Source of the DNA: a virus
Taxonomy: Duplodnaviria > Caudoviricetes
Direction: 5' to 3' (one strand)
Virus record (IMG/VR): IMGVR_UViG_3300031539_000172
Location: 1-32,778 of that record
DNA: 32,778 nucleotides
Below are positions 17,601 to 23,673 of this stretch, in pieces; the first letter of the stretch is position 1, and each line of letters starts with the position of its first letter. A program made the position numbers and the translations under genes. The notes beneath the pieces are model-generated. The model saw only the letters and a program-made list of their open reading frames with translations, did not search any database and had not been told where the DNA came from.

Positions 17601-19118
17601 GGGGCTTCCTCCAACGTGGCGTTCCTGGATGCCTCCACGGATTCTTGGCTCCGCACTGGCACTGGTCTCGGGGTTGCTCCCGGTGCCGCTGCTTCGGGCG
17701 AGACGGGCTTCCAAGGCTTCTACGTCACGAGCTCCGATCCTATCGATGGATCGGGTTCGTCCAACACCTCGTGTCTCAACGCGGGCGTTGGCCAGGACGG
17801 GCTGCTTGGTCAGACCTACCGCGACACCAAGACAGGCTTGGTCTTCACGGTCCTCGAGCGAGAGGGCGGTGCGGACTACCCGACGGGTGCCGGAGCATGG
17901 TTCACCTTCGAGGTGCGCAAGCTCGTCACGACGAATGCCAACCTCCCGGTCAACTCGATCCCGGGCCTCGAGCTGCTCGTGGCCAACACTGAGGGTTCGA
18001 CCATCCCGACCGGGGACACCGCAATTGTCGAGACCTTCGACCGTGGTGGCCAAGAGCCTCAGGTGGGTGACAGCTACTTTGTCACCTACAACTACTCCAA
18101 GACGGAAGCCGACTTCCAGACGCTGCTCTTCACCAACCAACGAGCGGTGGAGCGCAACTACGGCCAGATCAGCCCGGACAACCCGGTCTCTCTCGCAGCG
18201 TTCCTGGGCTTCCTGAACGGGGCTGTGGTCATCGCCATCAAGCAGGTGCCGAAGATCCCAGGCAGCAACCAAGCGAGCACGCCGGCTTATCTCGACGCGC
18301 TCCACGACCTGCGTGGGCCGCTTCCGGGCGGTGGAACGCTCGACACCATCACACCGCTCAAGGGTGATGATGTTGACCTGTTCCTTGCACTGAGCAATCA
18401 CTGCGATATTCAGTCGAGCATTCGCTTCCGAGCGGAGCGCACGGCGGTCATCGGAGTGGCCTCGGGCACGCAGCCGACGGACGTGGGAGGGATCGCTCAG
18501 CAGATCCAGAACACCCGCATGCGTTTGGTCTACCCGGACATCGTGACGCTCTCCGTTCAGGACGCGCTTGGCAACGACAAGCAGTTCTTGGTGGACGGCA
18601 CGTTCCTCGCGGCTGCGGTCGCGGGTGATCGCGCAAGCCCGAACATCGACGTGGCGACTCCGTGGACGCGGGCTCGTATTGTCGGGTTCGATCAGCTCGC
18701 GCGCAACTTGGATGCTGTCGAACAGAACCAAGTGGCTGTGCAGGGTGTCACTGTCCTCACACAGCGGGGAACGGTCATCCGAGTCCGTCAGGGGCTCACG
18801 ACCGACATGAGCAACATCCTCACGAAGCTCCCGACCGTGATTACGATCGCGGACGAGGTGCAGCGTTCCTCGAGGCGGGACCTCGACAGGTTCATCGGCA
18901 TCAAGTTCTTGCCGGGCGTCCTGTCGGAAATCGAGGGTCAGCTCTCTACCACGATGAAGGCGTTGAAGAACGCTGAGATCATCACGGCCTTCACCGGCAT
19001 CCAGGCGCGTACTACCAACGACCCCACGGTCGTCGAGGTCGAGGCGTTCTACCAGCCGGTGTTCCCGCTGCTGTACATCGTCATCACGTTCAACCTTCGG
19101 TCGAACCTGGGGGGTTAG
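11664..19118 (+). CDS. Giant contractile tail sheath protein (2484 aa)
   Basis: N-terminal YSPPGVYT...VFIGTG. C-terminal sheath domain (QGVTVL...VRQGLTTD...IADEV...LDRFIG...VEVEAFYQPVFPLLYIVITFNL). Upstream of tube and tape measure genes. Confidence 0.9.
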   Translation: MADFPGNIYSPPGVYTRTLFNSPVSGVLAGVRIPVFIGTGNELLQQQGLEVIRGSSSSVDQQVPQEDETGRAVVQISQTGQVTLGDFNGERRRIQVRNFPITNGDGSGTIATDPSSIFVTINGQPDVVLSVSRADIGVIEISTAPVLGDEVRITYFFKRTDTQTTDTTSEQTTPQSAILDGAIGNLYEFTAETNTFTVRVDDDQNQEITATFPTGSVSAATVVSLINGAAAATSLVASTFTNNFGDTAVRLVSDRDLRILDGTANVVLGFTQGQDTNRNKTYFTFNGPIVDGSNGGIATTDTAKVTVRVAGVQVIPTEVDGQNRAVTLPFAPGVGESVTIQYYFNTWQDTFDYLANINVTEVLRCGIVPGNNDFIEGADFILKDDLIVWGTAFLVAPGVTTPGAPAFGPTQISGLLIDNRWFLASTNVVINDAVTPPLEDRTKFQLPAQPTTGNGRDNPLGQDAFLSISNNRQDLPTNNPNLVKAYWGFGMQDALQRGPVTVTEVEGTIITLKNPVPVGAEVFATFWYNILVDEEYTVEVQTSGPSGIGTYFLFDSNGNSIYTPKFGVKGPAMTGVTIQFPSGSELTPDVHFEGATQGPVEETVTVSFADEDSTIGKFTVPGAGSYAFVSSESDRARFLIDSTPLAGGVSGIDLSAPHGIQGLGFNASLLGDEITYTDDSGKTTYDILSGINDNVSMSVDNVVLTVLVPGQTGVNADAYVEAINADAKLALNNPYLDGSTRFQGTTVITAGEYDQLVFNYTGVTNGSTGPVTATIAPGTYLSPNTIAAAVNSALTTAIAALPAAYDGINMVCTANVDGQMRFTMTGADTDLGTFATGTVTTALSILNDTITIGGITLTGELGLTAGGLNYDTGQARGTVIPTGVRPGDTISIDTTAVGGGLVTLTAAGAQTPGGLNFNEGTQATGTIMVAGPIPGDTFTVDGITITALGAQTPGGLDFDEGTRATGTATLSAVQYGDTITIDTSAVGGGPVILTASNTLTPGGLDFNVGTAATGDFMLMGARPATLAPFPALPADTVTIGGAVLTPVEGLRTPGADDFDAGTRALGSVVVVADSLAPSTGVLYGDTITIAGIALTADDMTTPGGLNFDAGTQATDLVNVALSPAIATIVIDAAPANGGPFPLAAGTGIPGTNTYDGTPASTAAIAANIASAINNPANAFSTFMSAAVGPGPNDVTLTWTVPGSFPNAVITTTSSDVSVTVGGGAASAFAGGVGDEITTATAIVAAITDTLNGLGGTVQAHNTGGTSATVDIQALTPGLAGNSISTVSTAPARLTWGAGVLGGGLGDDSTAATDACMAIADGLNSFDTIVTCVAIGNQVDLTSVTPGAVGNLTTLSTTAAGRFVLSGGSLTGGVGDDISAATSLVAAIGDAANGLGGVTSDNVGGTSAVVTIDSFTPGTVGNSITMAESTGATRVVLSAGTLLGGLGDDTTVAASIAAAINDAGNGIAATVSALSALAVVTMTAVTPGNIGNIIDTTSSDGTRLLMSALTLQGGVGTDLSVASSIAAAINDLGNGLAVDISAGNGGGTSTTVTAWADVPGVLANGILLSSSTGPRLPVSGATFGGGLTDVGVATTIVSAITDPLNGLDTLVTSDNSSGTSSTVDLTAAVPGPSGNFIDLLSSSAVRLLTSAATLTGGSGLGGGVFEFLDAATFAEDFAVLAGISTDVLPSQEQTKVIDGDIARRFTVAGTSGRLIYDRILLRNRIVPGSGSMRPESQVAQTQLVVEGTNAKSQTGLAAKAFGEADIEATIREASLFGEVGFKDGQVPSGTYGDSRDGQPQVQFYGANGLNPQNNVFRFNIDGSPVTVVFTDASGVGIPAAGEALVPLGPVTTPNTVLRQIQNAAVAAGLSASSVAQEGAGIRLVSGLVDTNSAVTINQANGTDLLGFSEGATATRSLVTVEKVASALMMHHSSSINGAMLDYQSPDATYFADQALAAKETDSANNEFLFVQSQANNVVGLGASSNVAFLDASTDSWLRTGTGLGVAPGAAASGETGFQGFYVTSSDPIDGSGSSNTSCLNAGVGQDGLLGQTYRDTKTGLVFTVLEREGGADYPTGAGAWFTFEVRKLVTTNANLPVNSIPGLELLVANTEGSTIPTGDTAIVETFDRGGQEPQVGDSYFVTYNYSKTEADFQTLLFTNQRAVERNYGQISPDNPVSLAAFLGFLNGAVVIAIKQVPKIPGSNQASTPAYLDALHDLRGPLPGGGTLDTITPLKGDDVDLFLALSNHCDIQSSIRFRAERTAVIGVASGTQPTDVGGIAQQIQNTRMRLVYPDIVTLSVQDALGNDKQFLVDGTFLAAAVAGDRASPNIDVATPWTRARIVGFDQLARNLDAVEQNQVAVQGVTVLTQRGTVIRVRQGLTTDMSNILTKLPTVITIADEVQRSSRRDLDRFIGIKFLPGVLSEIEGQLSTTMKALKNAEIITAFTGIQARTTNDPTVVEVEAFYQPVFPLLYIVITFNLRSNLGG
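14163..16631 (+). repeat. Protein-level 7+7 split-domain repeat array inside the sheath
   Basis: Seven ATG...GDT.TI...TPGGL.F..G units followed by seven GDD..A..I..AI.D..N...TPG..GN.I...L.GG units. Confidence 0.85.
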
Positions 19119-19141
19119 CTTCTAAGGGGAGAGGTGCATGG

Positions 19142-19182
19142 GTCGGCCCTGAGTTTGTGAGAGCTCAGGGCCGACTTTTTTT
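19142..19182 (+). terminator. Rho-independent terminator after the sheath
   Basis: GTCGGCCCTGAG / CTCAGGGCCGAC 12-bp stem (extendable to a GTGA loop) followed by T7. Confidence 0.9.
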
Positions 19183-19212
19183 CTTCGGTAACATCCGATC
19201 GGGGGAACTCCA

Positions 19213-19611
19213 ATGAACAACATGTACGCAGGCTGGCACCTCATCTTTGATGGGGTTGTCGAACCGGGAGAGGCTTCGGAGCGCCTGGGGGACGTGGATT
19301 TCCTCAGGACGGCTTTTTTGGATCTCGTGGCCGGTGTGGGCATGGAGATCTTGGTGCCACCGGTGTTCAAGGTTGTGCCGTTGACCCCTGAGAATGCTTC
19401 AAGTGACCTTGAAGACGACGGGGGAGTCACCGGCACCTGCATCATCACGACGAGCCACATCAGCATCCACACTTGGCCTCTTCGTTCTCGCTTCGCGCTC
19501 GATGTCTTTTCGTGCAAGGAGTTCAACAGTGAGGCGGTCTCGGGCTTCCTCATGGATCGGTTCAATGTGAAGACACGATCGTTCCATTGGATCGTGAGAA
19601 ATTGGCCGTGA
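19213..19611 (+). CDS. speD: Pyruvoyl-dependent S-adenosylmethionine decarboxylase proenzyme homolog
   Basis: GWHLIFD, GGVTGTCIITTSHISIHTWP, ALDVFSCKEF. Confidence 0.85.
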   Translation: MNNMYAGWHLIFDGVVEPGEASERLGDVDFLRTAFLDLVAGVGMEILVPPVFKVVPLTPENASSDLEDDGGVTGTCIITTSHISIHTWPLRSRFALDVFSCKEFNSEAVSGFLMDRFNVKTRSFHWIVRNWP

Positions 19612-19808
19612 GTGAGTTTCACGAAGGGGGCTACATGAACGTGCCTCCCACGGAACTCGCCAGGAAACTCCGTGGAGAGCGCGACCCCGCGAAACGCCGG
19701 GAGATGCGCCAAGCCCTCGAGGCATGGCGGGAGACCCAAGGGAATCCTTTGGCCAAATCGGCTTCGCGCGTTGCCCGCAAATGGTTGGCTTCGTTTCTCA
19801 GTCTATAG
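19608..19808 (+). CDS. Small basic helical hypothetical protein
   Basis: GTG start overlapping the speD TGA (start uncertain); ends ...KSASRVARKWLASFLSL. Confidence 0.5.
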   Translation: MSEFHEGGYMNVPPTELARKLRGERDPAKRREMRQALEAWRETQGNPLAKSASRVARKWLASFLSL

Positions 19809-19901
19809 GCGGCGCAATTGGTAGAGGAGACACTCAGTCTCCATTTTGCGCGGTGAGTCGCCCCGGCTGGGGCCGACCGCCCTACCTACGAGGAAGGCAT
19901 C

Positions 19902-20696
19902 ATGGGCACCAACAACGATCTCAACCCCAGCAACGGCGTACAGGGCTCAAGCTACCTGTACGACTTCGGAACTTCTCCGCAGACGCGTACGGCCGTGAGT
20001 CAGAAGGTACGCCTGCTGACCCCGGCGTACGGTTCCGACGCGAATCTTCTCTTTCAGATGGGCGTCCTGAGCTCGTTCACGCCGAACGAGACCCGTACCA
20101 TCGACACGCTTCGTGGCATCGGCTTCGGCGACATGATCGCTGAGCTCGTGCCCTCCGTCACGGAGGCCATGACAGCCGGCTTCGAGCGCGCGCTCCTGTA
20201 CCTGTCCAACCTCTGGCAGGCCACGGGCTATGCCGGCGGTGTGAGCGGTCCTGTGCGGTCGCTGCGGCATCACAGGTGGCCCTTCGACATCGAGCAGCAG
20301 CTCGTGTTCTCGACTTTGGCAGACCGTGACCTCACGGGTCAGTCCGGCGTCGGATTCAACGGCGGCGGTGGCACCTTCGACGGTGGCGTCAAGGAAATCG
20401 TCTACCCGCAGGTCACGAACGACCCGAACAACAACCCCGGCGATCTTCGCGGCCACACCGCCATCATCACGCTGTACGAGACCTGCTGGTTCAACTCGTG
20501 GTCTTTGACCAACCTGAGCCGCGACACGGGCATGTTGATGGAGACGGGCGACGTCACCATCTCGGACGTGCACGATTTCAGCTCGGAGTACGGCGAGTTC
20601 CTGGCTACTGGCAACGATCCCACGATTGGTCAGGTGGGCTCGGTTCGTTTCAACGCGGGCGATCAGCGCGCGGCATCCGATTTCATCACGGTCTAA
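19902..20696 (+). CDS. Tail tube protein
   Basis: GVLSSFTPNETRTIDTLRGIG...ELVP...FER...PFDI...LYETCWFNSW..METGDVTISDV tube-fold pattern; GAGGAAGG RBS; follows the sheath. Confidence 0.8.
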   Translation: MGTNNDLNPSNGVQGSSYLYDFGTSPQTRTAVSQKVRLLTPAYGSDANLLFQMGVLSSFTPNETRTIDTLRGIGFGDMIAELVPSVTEAMTAGFERALLYLSNLWQATGYAGGVSGPVRSLRHHRWPFDIEQQLVFSTLADRDLTGQSGVGFNGGGGTFDGGVKEIVYPQVTNDPNNNPGDLRGHTAIITLYETCWFNSWSLTNLSRDTGMLMETGDVTISDVHDFSSEYGEFLATGNDPTIGQVGSVRFNAGDQRAASDFITV

Positions 20697-20706
20697 CCGT
20701 GATTTT

Positions 20707-20773
20707 GAGGGGTAGGGTGCTGAGTGCCCTCCTACCCCTTTTGTGCCTTCCGCACCTTGGGTGGGGGGGTTTT
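20707..20773 (+). terminator. Terminator-like hairpin(s) after the tail tube
   Basis: GAGGGGTAGG / CCTACCCCTT stem followed by TTG, then a second CCTTCCGCACC / GGTGGGGGGG hairpin followed by TTTT. Confidence 0.65.
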
Positions 20774-20861
20774 CGTGCAACCCGAGCAATCGGTGGAGCG
20801 TCACAGACGCAAACGTGAACGTGAAAAAATGGGAACGCACAGATCTTTGATCGGGCTACCC

Positions 20862-20920
20862 CTTCCTCCCTTCGGGGACGGTCACATGAAGATGAAGATG
20901 GGTCTCTACAAATGTGAACC
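20862..20920 (+). repeat. Second copy of the conserved intergenic element (first at 11497-11565)
   Basis: 17-bp identity CTTCCTCCCTTCGGGGA plus conserved downstream blocks. Confidence 0.8.
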
Positions 20921-20976
20921 CGCTTGCGCTGTGAAAACGAACCGCCGACTTGCTCCACGCAAAAGTGGAGACAGTC

Positions 20977-22425
20977 ATGGTCACTCTCAAGGCCCTTGAG
21001 GCCGCAATCAGTCAAATCGATTCAATCCGTGCCCACGAACTCTCGTTCGAGGCCGGTGGTTTTCCAATTACACTACGCCCCCTTCGTTCCGACGAAGAGA
21101 CGCAGGTGCAGCGGTATTCGCAAGCTGCGTGGGAGGGGGCCGATTCAGAGGGTGACCCGGCTGCGTACCAGGACTTCATGGACCGGGTGCGTCTTTCGAC
21201 GCTTGGGTACTCCATCATCCAGATCGGTGAACTTGATCTGCGCGACGTGGAGTACCTCGATACCGGCGAGTTCGATGAGAACAACAACGCCATCGCGATG
21301 ATGAAGCACGATGGCGTAATTGATCTCATCCAAAAGCAATGGACCAAAGCGCTCTGCCTTCAAGTCTTTGCGAAGTTTGGGGAGCTTCTTGAACGCGTCG
21401 AGGTTGCGGCATCGAAGCTTGTGAAGTTCACCCCAACTGACCTCGATGAGGAGATCGGGCGTCTTGAGCGGCGACTCAAAACCTTGTCGGAGCAACGTGA
21501 CGCACGCGAAAACGTCGAGACCAAATCGTTCGTGCAGAAGCAACAGTCAGCGGTAATCCAAGCGACTGAAGAACAAGCTCGAGTTCGACAGGAAGTGTTG
21601 GAAAACGCGGCAGGCACTCTTGAGGAAACAGAGCAGCCTGACGAGGCGCCTCAGCCCCCTCGTCAGGCGCCTCAGCCCCCTCGTCAGGCTGCGCCACCCT
21701 CACAGCCCTCCGAGCCCCCTCGTCAGCCTACAGCGCCGCCACAGACGCCACAGACGCCACAGAGGCGCCAGTCATCCCTTCCGCAGGAAGCGGCTCCTCC
21801 AGAACGCCACACGAGCCCCGAGACCCTTGAGGAGGCGTCGCCTCAAGAGACACAGGCTTTTGATGAGCAGGGCATCGTTCTGCCGCATGACGGCGATTCT
21901 TTTTTCGATCCCTCCGACCCCGAGGCCGCGATGGCTGCTGAGGCCGAACGTCAAGCTCAGCTCCATGCTGCGAACATCCGGCGACAACGTGAAAAGAAGA
22001 TGGCTCAGCAACGAGCCGAGGCAATTGGAGTGCCCACAAGCGCGGATATGGCTCGAGAACGACTTCGATCTCAGCAAGATGCGGGGCACCCAAACGCAAA
22101 CCGTCTTGATCCTCGAACGGCGGGCCTGAGGGAAGCCGCCAATCTTCAAGATCAGGTTTTCGATACGGGGGCTGGTCGTCAACAAACTGGGCGCCCACAA
22201 CGAGCCCAACCTCAGCAAGCACCAGGACAGCCCGGAGCGCCAGCTACCCTGCATGGAAAGCCTGTCTACAAGATGCCGACGCAGACGCTCGACAAGTCAA
22301 GAAAGCAGCAGGCCGAAGAGTCCGCTCATGCGCGACAGCACGGGGAGCCAGCACCGAGCCCCGTTCAAGTCAATCCTGCTGGGGGGGGTCGCCAAGACAA
22401 GTTCCGAGGCCCTCAAGACAGGTGA
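20977..22425 (+). CDS. Tail assembly chaperone-like protein with long disordered P/Q-rich C-terminus
   Basis: GGAG RBS before ATG 20977. ITLRPL...LGYSIIQIG...VFAKFGEL is chaperone-like. Lies between tube and tape measure. Confidence 0.6.
   Translation: MVTLKALEAAISQIDSIRAHELSFEAGGFPITLRPLRSDEETQVQRYSQAAWEGADSEGDPAAYQDFMDRVRLSTLGYSIIQIGELDLRDVEYLDTGEFDENNNAIAMMKHDGVIDLIQKQWTKALCLQVFAKFGELLERVEVAASKLVKFTPTDLDEEIGRLERRLKTLSEQRDARENVETKSFVQKQQSAVIQATEEQARVRQEVLENAAGTLEETEQPDEAPQPPRQAPQPPRQAAPPSQPSEPPRQPTAPPQTPQTPQRRQSSLPQEAAPPERHTSPETLEEASPQETQAFDEQGIVLPHDGDSFFDPSDPEAAMAAEAERQAQLHAANIRRQREKKMAQQRAEAIGVPTSADMARERLRSQQDAGHPNANRLDPRTAGLREAANLQDQVFDTGAGRQQTGRPQRAQPQQAPGQPGAPATLHGKPVYKMPTQTLDKSRKQQAEESAHARQHGEPAPSPVQVNPAGGGRQDKFRGPQDR
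21644..21763 (+). repeat. Coding tandem repeats (21-bp x2; CGCCACAGA x3)
   Basis: AGGCGCCTCAGCCCCCTCGTC twice from 21644; CGCCACAGA three times at 21737-21763. Confidence 0.85.
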
Positions 22426-22428
22426 CGG

Positions 22429-23670
22429 ATGGAACTGGCGAAGACGACGTCCGAACAGCGGGCTGAGATATATGAGGACGTGCGCGAGCTGCTTTCGCCA
22501 GGGTTCCTTGCGCACTCTTTCTCCATAGGAGAGGCGCACTTCGCCATGCGTTCGTTTGATCGAGAAGACTGGGATCTCCTCAAGTACCGCACTTTCGGAC
22601 TCAACGACCGTCAGTGGGAAGCTTGGTGCGTCGCCTCCTCTATTTGGATGGTCAACGGTACGGTCATCGGTTCTGACGAAAACGCTTTGTACGATCTTGC
22701 GCAGAGCTTCCTCATGTTGCCCCCGTTTGTGCTTTCGACCCTCTACAGCATTTTTAACGGGTTGATGAAACGAGTCATGGAGGCGTCTTGCCGGTCTGAG
22801 GCGTTTTTGTACGAAGCAGAGTCTCGAATCCTGTGGAAGACGTTGGGGCCCTCTATTATGGCGCAGGTCCCGGTGCGACCAGCGCAGCGGTTCCGTAACC
22901 CGGTTTTGTCCCTTTGGGCCTACTTTAATCAAATGGAGGACTTGCGCGAATCTGAGGAGCGGGAGTGGGCATACGCCAAGTTCATGGCAAGTCCGCATGC
23001 TCCCAAAGGCGTCAAGAAGATCAACGCTCAAGACCGCAAACGGCAGAACGATACGGATCGTCGTCGTGAGCGCGCTTGTGACAGGGTTTTTTACGAAGCA
23101 AAAGGGCTTATCGCCCGCAAGGGTGAGGCTGAAAAGGCAGGCAAAAACAGGCCGTTTCAGCAGGTCGTCATGGCCGAAACAGAAGACGAACTCCGTGAGT
23201 CGATGCGCCGGTGGGTGGCGGGCGAGAAAGACGACCACGACCGCACCGTCGACAACATCAAGGCTCGGATCAAATACGGGGTGGAGAAGCGCAAGGAAGA
23301 TGTCCTCAAGCGACGGCAGGCTTTGGACGCGGCTCTGTCCGAGGAGGGGTTCTCCCGGAATCAGCTCACTCCTCTTGGGGGAGAAGCCGGCAAGAAATTC
23401 CTTGAGCGCATGCACGCACGGATCCCGGGTGCCAAAACGGTCATCGCTGACAACACGCACAACAGCGCGTACACCAAGTACATCGAAAACAACCCTGAGG
23501 TAGGAGACCTTCACGTTGACGAAGAGGGAAACATCCAGTCGTTACGGCCGGTAACCGAAGAAATGCTGGATGTCCTTCGCAAGCCGACGGATACGCCAAC
23601 CCTCCAGCAACAAATTGAGAACCGCAGGCCGACCGCGACTTTCGTGGACGACGAAGGAGAAGAGAGCTAA
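22429..23670 (+). CDS. Second tail assembly chaperone-like protein
   Basis: FAMRSF...VASSIWMVNG echoes the upstream gene; immediately precedes the tape measure. Confidence 0.5.
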   Translation: MELAKTTSEQRAEIYEDVRELLSPGFLAHSFSIGEAHFAMRSFDREDWDLLKYRTFGLNDRQWEAWCVASSIWMVNGTVIGSDENALYDLAQSFLMLPPFVLSTLYSIFNGLMKRVMEASCRSEAFLYEAESRILWKTLGPSIMAQVPVRPAQRFRNPVLSLWAYFNQMEDLRESEEREWAYAKFMASPHAPKGVKKINAQDRKRQNDTDRRRERACDRVFYEAKGLIARKGEAEKAGKNRPFQQVVMAETEDELRESMRRWVAGEKDDHDRTVDNIKARIKYGVEKRKEDVLKRRQALDAALSEEGFSRNQLTPLGGEAGKKFLERMHARIPGAKTVIADNTHNSAYTKYIENNPEVGDLHVDEEGNIQSLRPVTEEMLDVLRKPTDTPTLQQQIENRRPTATFVDDEGEES

Positions 23671-23673
23671 CCG

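Noticed and set aside
22381-22388. G8 run near the end of the first chaperone-like gene as a programmed frameshift site
   Set aside because: The downstream gene is already in the same frame, so a shift would not produce the fusion.
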